Source: Eledone cirrhosa (Eukaryota). Taken from it: a DNA stretch of 64,000 nt. The stretch is taken from NCBI GenBank assembly GCA_964016885.1, contig OZ024743.1:79794001-79858000 (forward strand), given 5' to 3'. The translations under genes were made by a program, and so were the position numbers. The notes below the pieces were generated by a model. That model was not told the DNA's origin. It saw nothing but the letters and a program-made list of their open reading frames with translations, and made no database searches. This document shows, one piece after another, positions 41,401-54,245 of the stretch; the stretch's first letter is position 1, and the number at the start of each line of letters is the position of its first letter.

Positions 41401-44400
41401 TAGAACGTCTGATAGAATGGTAGAGTGGTTAGAACGTCAGTTAGAATGGTAGATTCCTTAGAACGTCAGATAGAATGGTAAAGTGGTTAGAACGTCAGTT
41501 AGAATGGTAGAGTCGTTAGAACATCAAATAGAATGGAAGATTGGTTAGAACGGTAGATAGAATGGTAAAGTGGTTAGAACGTCAGATAGAATGGTAATGT
41601 CGTTAGAACGTCAGATAGAATGGTAGAGTCGTTAGAACGTCAGATAGAATGGTAGAGTGGTTAGAACGTCAGATAGAATGGCCGAGTCGTTAGAAAGTCA
41701 GATAGAATGGTAGAGTGGTTAGAACGTCGGATAGAATGGTAGAGTGGTTAGAACGTCAGATAGAATGGTAGAGTCGTTAGAACGTCAGATAGAATGGTAG
41801 AGTCGTTAGAACGTCAGATAGAATGATAGAGTGGTTAAAACTTTAGATAGAATGGTAGAGTTGTTAGAACGTCAGATAGAATGGTAGAGTCGTTAGAACG
41901 TCAGATAGAATGGTAGAGTGGTTCGAACGTCGGATAGAATGGTAAAGTGGTTAGAACGTCCGATACAATGGTAGAGTCGTTAGAACGTCAGATAGAATGA
42001 TAGAGTGGCTGGAACGTCTGATAGAATAGTAGAGTGGTTAGAACGTCAGATAGAATGGTAGAGTCGTGAGAACGTCAGATAGAATGATAGAGTGGTTAGA
42101 ACGTCGGATAGAATGGTAGAGTGGTTAGAACGTCAGATAGAATGGCAGAGTGGTTAGAACGTCGGACAGAATGGTAGAGTGGTTAGAACGTCAGATAGAA
42201 TGGTAGAGTCGTTAGAACGTCAGATAGAATGGTAGAGTGGTTCGAATGTCAGATAGAATGATAGAGTGGTTAGAACGTCTGATATAATGGTAGAGTAGTT
42301 AGAACGTCAGATAGAATGGTAGAGTGGTTAGAACGTCAGATAGAATGGCAGAGTGGTTAGAACGTCAGATAGAATGGCAGAGTGGTTAGAACGTCAGATA
42401 GAATGGCAGACTGGTTAGAACGTCAGATAGAATCGTAGAGTCGTTAGAACTTCAGATAGAATGATATAGTAGTTATAACGTCGGATAGAATGGCAGACTG
42501 GTTAGAACGTCGGATAGAATGGTAAAGTGGTTAGAACGTCCGATAGAATGGTAGAGTCGTTAGAACGTCAGATAGAATGATATAGTAGTTATAACGTCGG
42601 ATAGAATGGCAGACTGGTTAGAACGTCAGATAGAATGGTAGAGTCATTAGAACGTCAGATAGAATGATATAGTAGTTATAACGTCGGATAGAATGGTAGA
42701 GTCGTTAGAACGTCATATAGAATGGTAGAGTGGTTAGAACGTCAGATAGAATGGTAGAGTGGTTAGAACATCAGATAGAATGGTAGAGTCGTTAGAACAT
42801 CAAATAGAATGGAAGAGTGGTTAGAACGGTAGATAGAATGGTAAAGTGGTTACAACGTCAGATAGAATGGTAAAGTCGTTAGAACGTCAGATAGAATGGT
42901 AGAGTCGTTAGAACGTCAGATAGAATGGTAGAGTGGTTAGAACGTCAGATAGAATGGCCGAGTCGTTAGAAAGTCAGATAGAATGGTAGAGTGGTTAGAA
43001 CGTCGGATAGAATGGTAGAGTGGTTAGAACGTCAGATAGAATGGTAGAGTCGTTAGAACGTCAGATAGAATGGTAGAGTCGTTAGAACGTCAGATAGAAT
43101 GATAGAGTGGTTAAAACTTTAGATAGAATGGTAGAGTTGTTAGAACGTCAGATAGAATGGTAGAGTCGTTAGAACGTCAGATAGAATGGTAGAGTGGTTC
43201 GAACGTCGGATAGAATGGTAAAGTGGTTAGAACGTCCGATACAATGGTAGAGTCGTTAGAACGTCAGATAGAATGATAGAGTGGCTGGAACGTCTGATAG
43301 AATAGTAGAGTGGTTAGAACGTCAGATAGAATGGTAGAGTCGTGAGAACGTCAGATAGAATGATAGAGTGGTTAGAACGTCGGATAGAATGGTAGAGTGG
43401 TTAGAACGTCAGATAGAATGGCAGAGTGGTTAGAACGTCGGACAGAATGGTAGAGTGGTTAGAACGTCAGATAGAATGGTAGAGTCGTTAGAACGTCAGA
43501 TAGAATGGTAGAGTGGTTCGAATGTCAGATAGAATGATAGAGTGGTTAGAACGTCTGATATAATGGTAGAGTAGTTAGAACGTCAGATAGAATGGTAGAG
43601 TGGTTAGAACGTCAGATAGAATGGCAGAGTGGTTAGAACGTCAGATAGAATGGCAGAGTGGTTAGAACGTCAGATAGAATGGCAGACTGGTTAGAACGTC
43701 AGATAGAATCGTAGAGTCGTTAGAACTTCAGATAGAATGATATAGTAGTTATAACGTCGGATAGAATGGCAGACTGGTTAGAACGTCGGATAGAATGGTA
43801 AAGTGGTTAGAACGTCCGATAGAATGGTAGAGTCGTTAGAACGTCAGATAGAATGATATAGTAGTTATAACGTCGGATAGAATGGCAGACTGGTTAGAAC
43901 GTCAGATAGAATGGTAGAGTCATTAGAACGTCAGATAGAATGATATAGTAGTTATAACGTCGGATAGAATGGTAGAGTCGTTAGAACGTCATATAGAATG
44001 GTAGAGTGGTTAGAACGTCAGTTAGAATGGTAGATTCCTTAGAACGTCAGATAGAATGGTAGAGTGGTTAGAACATCAGATAGAATGGTAGAGTCGTTAG
44101 AACATCAAATAGAATGGAAGAGTGGTTAGAACGGTAGATAGAATGGTAAAGTGGTTACAACGTCAGATAGAATGGTAAAGTCGTTAGAACGTCAGATAGA
44201 ATGGTAGAGTCGTTAGAACGTCAGATAGAATGGTAGAGTGGTTAGAACGTCAGATAGAATGGCCGAGTCGTTAGAAAGTCAGATAGAATGGTAGAGTGGT
44301 TAGAACGTCGGATAGAATGGTAGAGTGGTTAGAATGTCAGATAGAATGGCAGAGTGGTTAGAGCGTCAGATAGAATGGTAGAGTGGTTAGAACGTCAGAT

Positions 44401-44769
44401 AGATTGGTAGAGTGGTTATAACGTGAGATAGAATGATAGAGTGGTTAAAACGTGAGATAGAATGATAGAGTGGTTAGAAGGTCAGATAGAATGATTGAGT
44501 GGTTAGAACGTCAGATAGAATGGCAGAGTGGTTAGAACGTCAGATAGAATGGTAGAGTCGTTAGAACGTCAGATAGAATGGTAGAGTGGTTAAAACGTCA
44601 GATAGAATGGTAGAGTCGTTAGAACGTCAGATAGAATGGTAGAGTGGTTAAAACGTCAGATAGAATGGTAGAGTCGTTAGAACGTCAGATAGAATGGTAG
44701 AGTGGTTAAAACGTCAGATAGAATGGTAGAGTGGTTAAAACGTCAGATAGAATGGCAGAGTGGTTAGAA
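38492..44769 (+). repeat. 29-bp satellite, about 216 units of TGGTAGAGTGGTTAGAACGTCAGATAGAA
   Basis: Period 29; a higher-order duplication of 1276 bp (44 units) is visible from the variant AAAACTTTAG at 41837 and 43113. Confidence 0.98.
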
Positions 44770-45911
44770 GAATATTGCTATGATCTTTACTAAAATCTAG
44801 AATCTAAACGATATATAACCATATTTTCCACCTATCTACATTATTAAAGAATCAATGTAAGTATTAAATAAGTCTCTTCACCTTCTCTCATCGCTTCTCT
44901 TTTTTGACTAATTAGGATTCTTACAATAAATGAGTGTATTATTTAATGTTATTCCAGTCCATGTATCTGAAGGAATGATAGCCAGCAGTAGCTCGAGAAT
45001 TTACCTTGTGGTTGGCTGTCACCCCATCCAAAGTCTCTATACTCATAGCAAATGTATTTGACACTATAATTTCCATGTAAAATTTATCTCCATAAAAAAT
45101 ATATATAGAGGTAAAAGCTAAGAAAATGCCCTTACTGTTAATAAACGAGTTTTAAAGGAAAGCTATAATATCAAATATATCTTGTGTACTCTCACTAACT
45201 TAATGACGGTAAGGGAAGGAGTTAATGGTCATGTCGGACCAAAGAAACAATGTTCCCATGATCCATTTTTGATACAATCAATTGGTCACAATTCTTGGCA
45301 GAAGGATGTGAAGAGATTTGAAGTCAGAAAATACAGTGCCGGATCAGTTAATATAGATTATTCCGTTCAACTCCTATAAATTCCTGCCAATCCACAACTA
45401 TATTAATCGAACCCGAAAGGATGAAAGGCAAAGTTGATCTCGCCGGGATTTAAACAAAGTGTAATGAAGGAAGTGGAACTTAGACTGAGGCATTTAACCT
45501 GCTGTTCTAACAATGATATCAATTTACCGGCTGTTTAACTTCGAACATTTTACAATGAATTACAAAAAAATCTAAAATTGGAGTTGTCAAAATAAACGTT
45601 TATAGTGTTTATACAAGTGGAAAGATTGTTGCAAAAAATCGCTCTATCACAATACTTTAAAAAAAATTACATTTTAGTGTGAGGCAGCCATAGTGCTGCT
45701 TTGTACTTTTCAAGAATGTCTTGCTAATATGGTTTCATATAGTTTGTTAATTAAAATACTTATAGTTCCTTTACTCATGGACAGACCATTGTGAACATTT
45801 GCAGTAAACTAAAGATATTGCTATTTAATGTGATGTAACCATGGTACTGTTTTATATATTTTCCAGAATGCCTCACTAATATGGTTGCATGTGATACAGG
45901 ACGTTTAAGAT

Positions 45912-46093
45912 TAATTGTTTCTACTTTTGGCACCAGGCCAGCAATTATCCCAGTACATTACTGGTACTTTATTTTATCGACCCCGTAAGGATGAAAGGCA
46001 AAGTTAACCTCGGCGGGATTTGAACTCAGATCATAAAGGGAGGTAACTCTGTGCTTCAAAGCATGGCGCCCGACCCTCTAACGATACTGCCAA
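45912..46093 (-). mobile_element. tRNA-derived SINE, same family as 27606-27778 (older fragment at about 45406-45530)
   Basis: Shared body, plus B-box GAGTTCAAATC and A-box-like TGGCAGTATCGTTAG on the minus strand. Confidence 0.88.
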
Positions 46094-47079
46094 TAAATTA
46101 ATGAAAGTTAATCAGGAAACCGGGATAATCTCCGTCATAATGAGTCTTCTAGACTGGAGAGAGGTTTTAAGATGGATCTGCGACGTAAGCTAGTAGAAAG
46201 TTATTACGTTCACAGTATTGTGGTGTTAGTTGATTAGTGCCATAATAAGATTGCTATATAGTTAGCTGCTCCAATACTTGAGATAATTTACTATTTTCCA
46301 CTCCTTCTCACATTCACAGGCTGTCCTGATAGATTCGCGGATATTTCATAATTATTTCATGATTTCCATAAATGTCCTTTCAGATTCGATATGAGCTTCA
46401 TTAAAACTGTGTATGTGTGTCCTTGTTTCCGTGTATGTGTGTGTGTATATGTGGGTGCGTGTACGTATATGTATGTGTGTATCTGTGTCCATGTTTGCAT
46501 GTATGTGTATGTATGTATAAGTGTGTGTGAGAGTTCGTGTGTATGTGTGTGTGTGTGTGAGTGCGTGTATGTGTGTGTGTTGGATTTCAGGCGGTTTCTA
46601 CGACGAATGTTTTAGTTGTACAAGCCAAGGGATAACAGCCTGCAACACAAATTATCGAGCAAGTGGCTGAACATTCCACAGACACGTGTGCCTTTAACCT
46701 AGTTCTCAGGGAGAGCCAGGTGGCTGGACGATATTTTCCAAAATTTTCATAAATTTCGTATTGTGAGGGTATATCATTATTGCTGTAAGAATTGTTATAC
46801 ACACACACAAAACACGCGCACTCACACCCACATTGGCACACACACACACACACACACATACTCTGACATACAGATACAGTCACACGTACACACACATACA
46901 CTTATATATATATATGTGTGTGTGTGTGTCCTTATTTAATATAGAAATGTCTTCTACAGGACTAGAGTTGTTTCATTTGTATGTAAACATTAGGAATGCA
47001 TGATGTATACACTCTACTAATATATTGAGTACCTTATTTTGTGAGGTTACGCCCGATTTAACTTAGAATCCCCCCCCCC

Positions 47080-47170
<91 letters not shown>

Positions 47171-47174
<4 letters not shown>

Positions 47175-48085
47175 TATGTATACGTACATACATATATGTA
47201 TACAGACGTACAGTAGTATGTATATACATACATGCACACATATATATGTACGTATGGGTTTACCGAACATTTATTATAATGCTCGGTTTGTTTGTAAACA
47301 AACAGCCCGAATTATTAGCCGTACAGTGTTCGGCAACCATCGTTGCCCTTTTGTTCAACACTGACAAAGGAACGATGAACTAGTTTCTAGCCTATTTGCT
47401 GTCACCAGCACCGTATACCTTCCAGTCAGTCGATTGAACGTTTGAAAGTATATACTTTCCCTATGCATATTAACGGTTGAGCAGCCTAATTTGCATATCG
47501 AGTGAGTTAGTCGGCCGGGTGTATCGAAAACAATAGATGAAAAAAATGAAATTTCATTTCTCACTCTTAGTACGGCTGATACTTAAATATAAGTATGTAT
47601 ACATACATATATGTATACAGCCTGAATTATTAAGAGTGAGAAATGAAATTTCATTTTTTCCATTTATTGTTTTCGGTACACCCGGCCGACTAACTCACTC
47701 GATATGCAAATTAGGCTGCTCAGCCGTTAATATGCATAGGGAAAGTATATACTTTCAAACGTTCAAACGACTGACTGTAAGGTATACGGTGCTGATGACA
47801 GCAAATAGGCTAGAAACTAGTTCATCGTTCCTTTGTCAGTGTTGAACAAAAGGGCAACGATGGTTGCCGAACACTGTACGGCTAATAATTCGGGCTGTTT
47901 CTTTACAAACAAACCGAACATTATAATAAATGATCGGTAAACCCATACGTACATATATATGTGTGCATGTATGTATATACATACTACTGTACGTCTGTAT
48001 ACATATATGTATGTACGTATACATACTTATATTTAAGTATCAGCCGTAGTAAGAGTGAGAAACGAAATTTCATTTTTTCCATTTA
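47171..48085. mobile_element. Head-to-head inverted, partly tandem unit of about 420 bp carrying an HHR (PLE/retrozyme-like)
   Basis: 47171-47569 is inverted relative to about 47631-48030, both arms run on into the next tandem unit, and (TA)n flanks both sides. Another fragment lies at about 51850-51950. Confidence 0.85.
47786..47828 (+). ncRNA. Minimal type-I hammerhead ribozyme (mirror copy 47372-47414 has the mutated core CTGGTGA)
   Basis: ACGGTG CTGATGA C AGC AAATAG GCT A GAAAC TA GTT CATCGT; palindromic stem III AACUAGUU. Confidence 0.8.
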
Positions 48086-48103
48086 TATATATATAGTATA
48101 TTG

Positions 48104-48200
<97 letters not shown>

Positions 48201-48514
48201 TGTGAGCGCACATGTGCGTAAATATAATAATTTATCTATCTATTTATCTATATGTCTATCTATCTTTACGGGTGGCTGTGGTGTCATTTGTTTGTGTGTC
48301 TACTGTATGTTGGAGGTTTAATTTCGGTCTCTTAGATTCTCTAGTGTGTCTAACAATTCCCTCAATCACTTGCCAGTTTGCTCGACTTCCTTATCAACGT
48401 GTCACACAGTGCTTAGCTGGGGGATATAATCTATAGCAATATTTAAATCTTTCAGGTCCTCCTGAAAACGAAAATGTCGTCGTGTCCCAGCTTTGTTTAT
48501 ATCTATAAATACCG

Positions 48515-48609
<95 letters not shown>

Positions 48610-48652
48610 ACATACACACACACACACAAATATATATATATAATAAGTAGTT

Positions 48653-50871
48653 CAGTAGTTTCGTGGTTTACTGAGGAAGCTACCAAAATCAGCCGTTAAT
48701 TCTGTGGCAGAGTGTATAAAAAACAAAACGAGGTTTCACATTAAGGTCTTTATTGGTTATACACTGTTACGACTGTTTCACAGACGGTTGGCTCAGGAGC
48801 TATATAAAGACTATAGACCACACTCCAACCAGATCTACTCATCACAGATGGCTGGCTCAGGATCTATATAGTTACTATAGACCAAACTCCAGCCAGATCT
48901 GGTCATCACATATAGGTGGCTCAGTATCTATATAGTTACTAAGACCAGATTCCAGCCAGATCTGGTCATCACATATGGCTGGCTCAGTATCTATATAGTT
49001 ACTATAGACCAGACTCCAGCCAGATCTGGTCATCACAGAGGGCTGGCTCAGTATCTATATAGTTACTATAGACCAGACTCCAGCCAGATCTGGTCATCAC
49101 ATATGGCTGGCTCAGGATCTATATAGTTACTATAGACCAGACTCCAGCCAGATCTGGTCATCACATATGGCTGGCTCAGTATCTATATAGTTACTATAGA
49201 CCAGACTCCAGCCAGATCTGGTCATCAGAGATGGCTGGCTGAGGATCTATATAGTTACTATAGACCAGACTCCAGCCAGATCTGGTCATCACAGATGGCT
49301 GGCTCAGTATCTATATAGTTACTATAGACCAGACTCCAGCCAGATCTGGTCATCACATATGGCTGGCTCAGGATCTATATAGTTACTATAGACCAGACTC
49401 CAGCTAGATCTGGTCATCACAGATGGCTGGCTCAGTATCTATATAGTTACTATAGACAGACTCCAGCTAGATCTGGTCATCACAGATGGCTGGCTCAGTA
49501 TCTATATAGTTACTATAGACCAGACTCCAGCTAGATCTGGTCATCACAGATGGCTGGCTCAGGATCTATATAGTTACTATAGACCAGACTCCAGCTAGAT
49601 CTGGTCATCACAGATGGCTGGCTCAGGATCTATATAGTTACTATAGACCAGACTCCAGCCAGATCTGGTCATCACAGATGGCTGGCTGAGGATCTATATA
49701 GATACTATAGACCAGACTCCAGCCAGATCTGGTCATCACAGATGGCTGGCTCAGTATCTATATAGTTACTGTAGACCAGACTCCAGCCAGATCTGGTCAT
49801 CACAGATGGCTGGTTCAGTATCTATATAGTTACTGTAGACCAGACTCCAGCCAGATCTGGTCATCACAGAGGGCTGGCTCAGTATCTATATAGTTACTAT
49901 AGACCAGACTCCAGCCAGATCTGGTCATCACAGATGGCTGGCTCAGTATCTATATAGTTACTATAGACCAGACTCCAGCCAGATCTGGTCATCACAGATG
50001 GCTGGCTCAGGATCTATATAGTTACTATAGACCAGACTCCAGCCAGATCTGGTCATCACAGATGGCTGGCTCAGTATCTATATAGTTACTATAGACCAGA
50101 CTCCAACCAGATCTGGTCATCACAGATGGCTGGCTCAGGATCTATATAGTTACTATAGACCAGACTCCAGCTAGATCTGGTCATCACAGATGGCTGGCTC
50201 AGTATCTATATAGTTACTATAGACCAGACTCCAGCTAGATCTGGTCATCACAGAGGGCTGGCTCAGTATCTATATAGTTACTATAGACAGACTCCAGCCA
50301 GATCTGGTCATCACAGATGGCTGGCTCAGTATCTATATAGTTACTATAGACCAGACTCCAGCCAGATCTGGTCATCACAGATGGCTGGCTCAGTATCTAT
50401 ATAGTTACTATAGACCACACTCCAGCCAGATCTGGTCATCACAGATGGCTGGCTCAGGATCTATATAGTTACTATAGACCAGACTCCAGCTAGATCTGGT
50501 CATCACAGATGGCTGGCTCAGTATCTATATAGTTACTATAGACCAGACTCCAGCTAGATCTGGTCATCACAGATGGCTGGCTCAGTATCTATATAGTTAC
50601 TATAGACCAGACTCCAGCTAGATCTGGTCATCACAGATGGCTGGCTCAGGATCTATATAGTTACTATAGACCAGACTCCAGCTAGATCTGGTCATCACAG
50701 ATGGCTGGCTCAGGATCTATATAGTTACTATAGATCTGTTCATCACAGGTGTGTGGCTCATGATCTATTTAGTTACTATAGACCTGACTCAAGCTAGATC
50801 TGCTCATCAGACTTGTTAATCAAGAAAAGCCAAAATCTTGGTACCTTCCTCAGTAAACAACGAATCTACAG
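48653..50871. mobile_element. Non-autonomous TIR element enclosing a 64-bp array
   Basis: 48653-48689 CAGTAGTTTCGTGGTTTACTGAGGAAGCTACCAAAAT is the inverted repeat of 50835-50871 (32/37 match); TA follows the right end. Confidence 0.7.
48779..50810 (+). repeat. 64-bp minisatellite, about 32 quasi-palindromic units
   Basis: Unit AGATCTGGTCATCACAGATGGCTGGCTCAGTATCTATATAGTTACTATAGACCAGACTCCAGCC; period 64 (48961, 49025, 49089). Confidence 0.97.
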
Positions 50872-50948
50872 TAGAACTTATATTGCTAGAAAGAGCAGTC
50901 ACTTTCTGTTGCGTACAGATATCTATACACACACATGATGATGATGAC

Positions 50949-51027
<79 letters not shown>

Positions 51028-51078
51028 AAATAAAATAAATTAAATAAGTCAAATGTTTAAAATTTGGCTTTGTTTATT

Positions 51079-51133
51079 ACTGCTATATATATTTCGGTGA
51101 CAGCCATCTTTGGCTGTGACCTCTTCAGGCAGT
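51079..51133 (-). ncRNA. Type-I hammerhead ribozyme with intact core
   Basis: ACTGC CTGAAGA GGTCACAGCCA AAGA TGGCTGTCACC GAAA TATATA TA GCAGT; stem II 10/11 bp with G-C closing pair, followed by AATAAA. Confidence 0.85.
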
Positions 51134-51528
51134 CCGAATTAGTGTGGTAGAGACAAATACACATGTTGTTGAGGTGTATAACTTTGTCAATACTCTGATA
51201 TGCCCAGTTCCTGGTTGGGTTGAGTTTTTCGATAATACTCAACTCGTTTGCAATTATACAAACAGCCTCTTTTTTATGCCAAGACAAGAGTAAGAATGAG
51301 GTGCACATTCTACTGAAATGGCTTTTAAAAGAGGCTGTTTGTATAATTGCAAACGAGTTGAATATTATTATTAATATTTGAAAAACTCAGATTACATTTG
51401 TATTCAGCCATGTAGAGCGATATTATTTTTAAAATTAATTATAGAATGGACTTGTTATTTTTTTATAAAGACATTTTTTTCCAATTCCAGCCCGACCGTA
51501 TCCCCAATCTATCTTATTTCTCATTCTT

Positions 51529-51564
51529 TCTTCGGATGAAGGATTAACGTCCGAAACGTTAAGA
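51529..51564 (+). ncRNA. HHR-like motif with mutated core (CGGATGA)
   Basis: TCTT CGGATGA A GGA TTAACG TCC GAAAC GTT AAGA. Confidence 0.45.
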
Positions 51565-51656
51565 CCCTCTTCCTGTTATATCAAGCGTTAACCTAATATA
51601 TCCCTTCCATAGACTGTACGGATTGTGTTGTTATTTCTGTTTACGTTTTCATACAT

Positions 51657-51716
<60 letters not shown>

Positions 51717-52000
51717 GTGTGTATAATGGTAGCTATGGTGCTTCCATAGGCGGTATGCCAAAATTAGCACTCAATATTCATACAGAGCAGAGTGTGAATA
51801 GTATAAAAAAAATATATATTATATAAAATAAACAGAAAAAATGAAACACACCGAGCATTATAATAAATGTTCGGTGAATCCATACGTACATATATATATG
51901 TGTGCATGTATGTATATATATATACATACTACTGTACGTCTGTATACATATATATATATATATATATAAGATCAAAAGATGGTTAAAGGAGTTCCATGTA

Positions 52001-52067
52001 TTTTATTATGCGCATTTCAAAAACAAACATCATCATGCAATAATATTTGTGTTTTCATCAGATAAAA
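52001..52067 (-). ncRNA. Type-I hammerhead ribozyme
   Basis: TTTTAT CTGATGA AAACACAAATATTATTGCATGATGATGTTTGTTTTT GAAA TGCGCA TA ATAAAA; palindromic stem III AUGCGCAU. Confidence 0.78.
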
Positions 52068-53063
52068 CAGGAGAACATGATATGAAGGCTAAAAAACACT
52101 TGTGGATAGTGCAGTTTTAAATCAACATATGAAAAGTGGTTTTAGATTGATGTGTGATATTGGGAAAAATATTTTATTTAGAGAGGGGGAGGGGTGGAAA
52201 GGATGAAAAGGGAAGGAGATGAGAGGGAGAGATGGGTGATAGAATATGATGTACTACAATAAAACTCACCTCCTACATATATATATATATATATATAAAG
52301 TTCTTATATACGAGTCTGTATATATTTATGTATATATTTGTAGCATAAACATTTATATGAACATACATGCATAAAAAAATCCATAAACATATATATAGGT
52401 GTACATGCATATATTCATGAAGTTAAACTTCTGAAATTGGTCAAATTTCAAGTGATGTTGTTTATGTTTAGAAGTTCAGCAGAGATTCTGCCAAAGGTTA
52501 TAAGCTGGTTGTAGTTTTATCATATCATGTCTATATAGTTTTACAGTAGTTAACATTAGTCTAAGCACTACCTTTGCTATATAGGAAGAAACCCATTCAA
52601 TAAGACAGCAAATTCGGAATATATCAGGCGTACTAATGTTCACAGACTTCAAAAATGGTAAAGAGTGCTACTGATTTCATGGAGAAAAGCTTCAAGACGT
52701 TTACAGCGATGAAGATATTCTCTATTGGAAATAATTAAGCAAGAAAATGAAAGAAAAATACATTAAAAAGAAACAAGTGAATATTGTGAAAAACGAAAAA
52801 ATGTCAGAGTTTGTTGCAAAAGGTTTATTAAGGTTGGCAAAAGAGGTTTGACAGTTACGGCGGCTGCGTACATAAGCTGTTCCTGTTTAGTTTGGTAATG
52901 TCATGTTTGTTAGGGTCTACTTGAAGAAGATTGTTCCAAGATTGTTGAAAGAATTGGCTGAGAAATACTTGAGCTCCTTCAAATGTCTATCGACATTTGC
53001 CTTCTTCCGAGAAGTGTTTAAGTCGAAAAAGTTGTGTTCCGAATGATTTGTCATACAAGAGTG

Positions 53064-53108
<45 letters not shown>

Positions 53109-53131
53109 TAGACACACACACACATATATAA

Positions 53132-53159
<28 letters not shown>

Positions 53160-53172
<13 letters not shown>

Positions 53173-53184
53173 CATAATTATATA

Positions 53185-53216
<32 letters not shown>

Positions 53217-53425
53217 CGTATGTATATATATGCAAACATATACATACATATGGCTAAGAAACGCAGTTACACAACTTATATATATACATATAAATATATA
53301 TATATATATAAGTTGTGTAACTGCGTTTCTTAGCCATATGTATGTATATGTTTGCATATATATACATACGTGTATGTATATATATATATATATATAAATA
53401 TATATAATTATGTATAAATACATAT
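53160..53425. repeat. Imperfect palindrome centred on a (TA)n tract
   Basis: TATGGCTAAGAAACGCAGTTACACAACTT at about 53250-53278 is mirrored at about 53309-53339, and the flanking microsatellite variants are mirrored too. Confidence 0.85.
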
Positions 53426-53700
53426 ATATATATATATATATATTAGAAAGTGAGTTTTTTTTTACAAAATGAAAAGTAACCGAGGTGTCCTACACGAGTG
53501 AAAGTATAAAAAAAAAAAATGAAATCGAAAATGCAACTGGAGTCTTATTTTTTTAAAAAATATATATATATATGTTGAGTAACTGCGTTTCTTGGACATT
53601 TTATTATTTTGCATTTAAACCTGGCGTAGTTAATCTCTCCAGGTCTAAACACGACCGAATTCTTCCAGGGAAGGAGGTAGAAAGATATATATATATATAT

Positions 53701-54057
53701 ATACAATATATTAATAAATGGAAACTATATTTATAAAACCATATTTATTTTATTATATATATTTCAAGGGCAACCAAGGCAAATTATGGTGCGCTTTCAT
53801 CAGATAAAATACAGATTTGTTTTATAAATAAATATTGACATACCCGGAAAAAAAGACAACCTTAACGGTTGGAGCTTCCTGGATAGGAGCCGTTAAGGTT
53901 GTCTTTTTTTCCGGGTATGTCAATATTTATTTATAAAACAAATGTGTATTTTATCTGATGAAAGCGCACCATAATTTATCTTGGTTGCCCTTGAAATATA
54001 TATAATAAAACAAATATGGTTTTATAAATATAGTTTCCATTTATTAATATATTGTGT
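53701..54057. mobile_element. Head-to-head inverted repeat (arms about 168 bp, spacer about 21 bp), each arm with an HHR
   Basis: Arms 53701-53868 and 53890-54057. HHR on + at 53949-54010 (TTTTAT CTGATGA AAGCGCACCA...TGGTTGCCCTT GAAA TATATA TA ATAAAA) and on - at 53748-53809. Confidence 0.85.
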
Positions 54058-54152
54058 ATTTACTCCACTAAATTGTTGAGTGCTTTATATCAGTTATAAA
54101 AAATGTTTAAGCTTTTAAGCTTGTTGAATCCCAACAAATTAAATATAACCTC

Positions 54153-54245
<93 letters not shown>

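Noticed and set aside
52420-53060. Possible host exon or old CR1/L2-like LINE end
   Set aside because: Only weak peptide resemblance (KFQVMLFMF...LP), several stops and no convincing splice signals.
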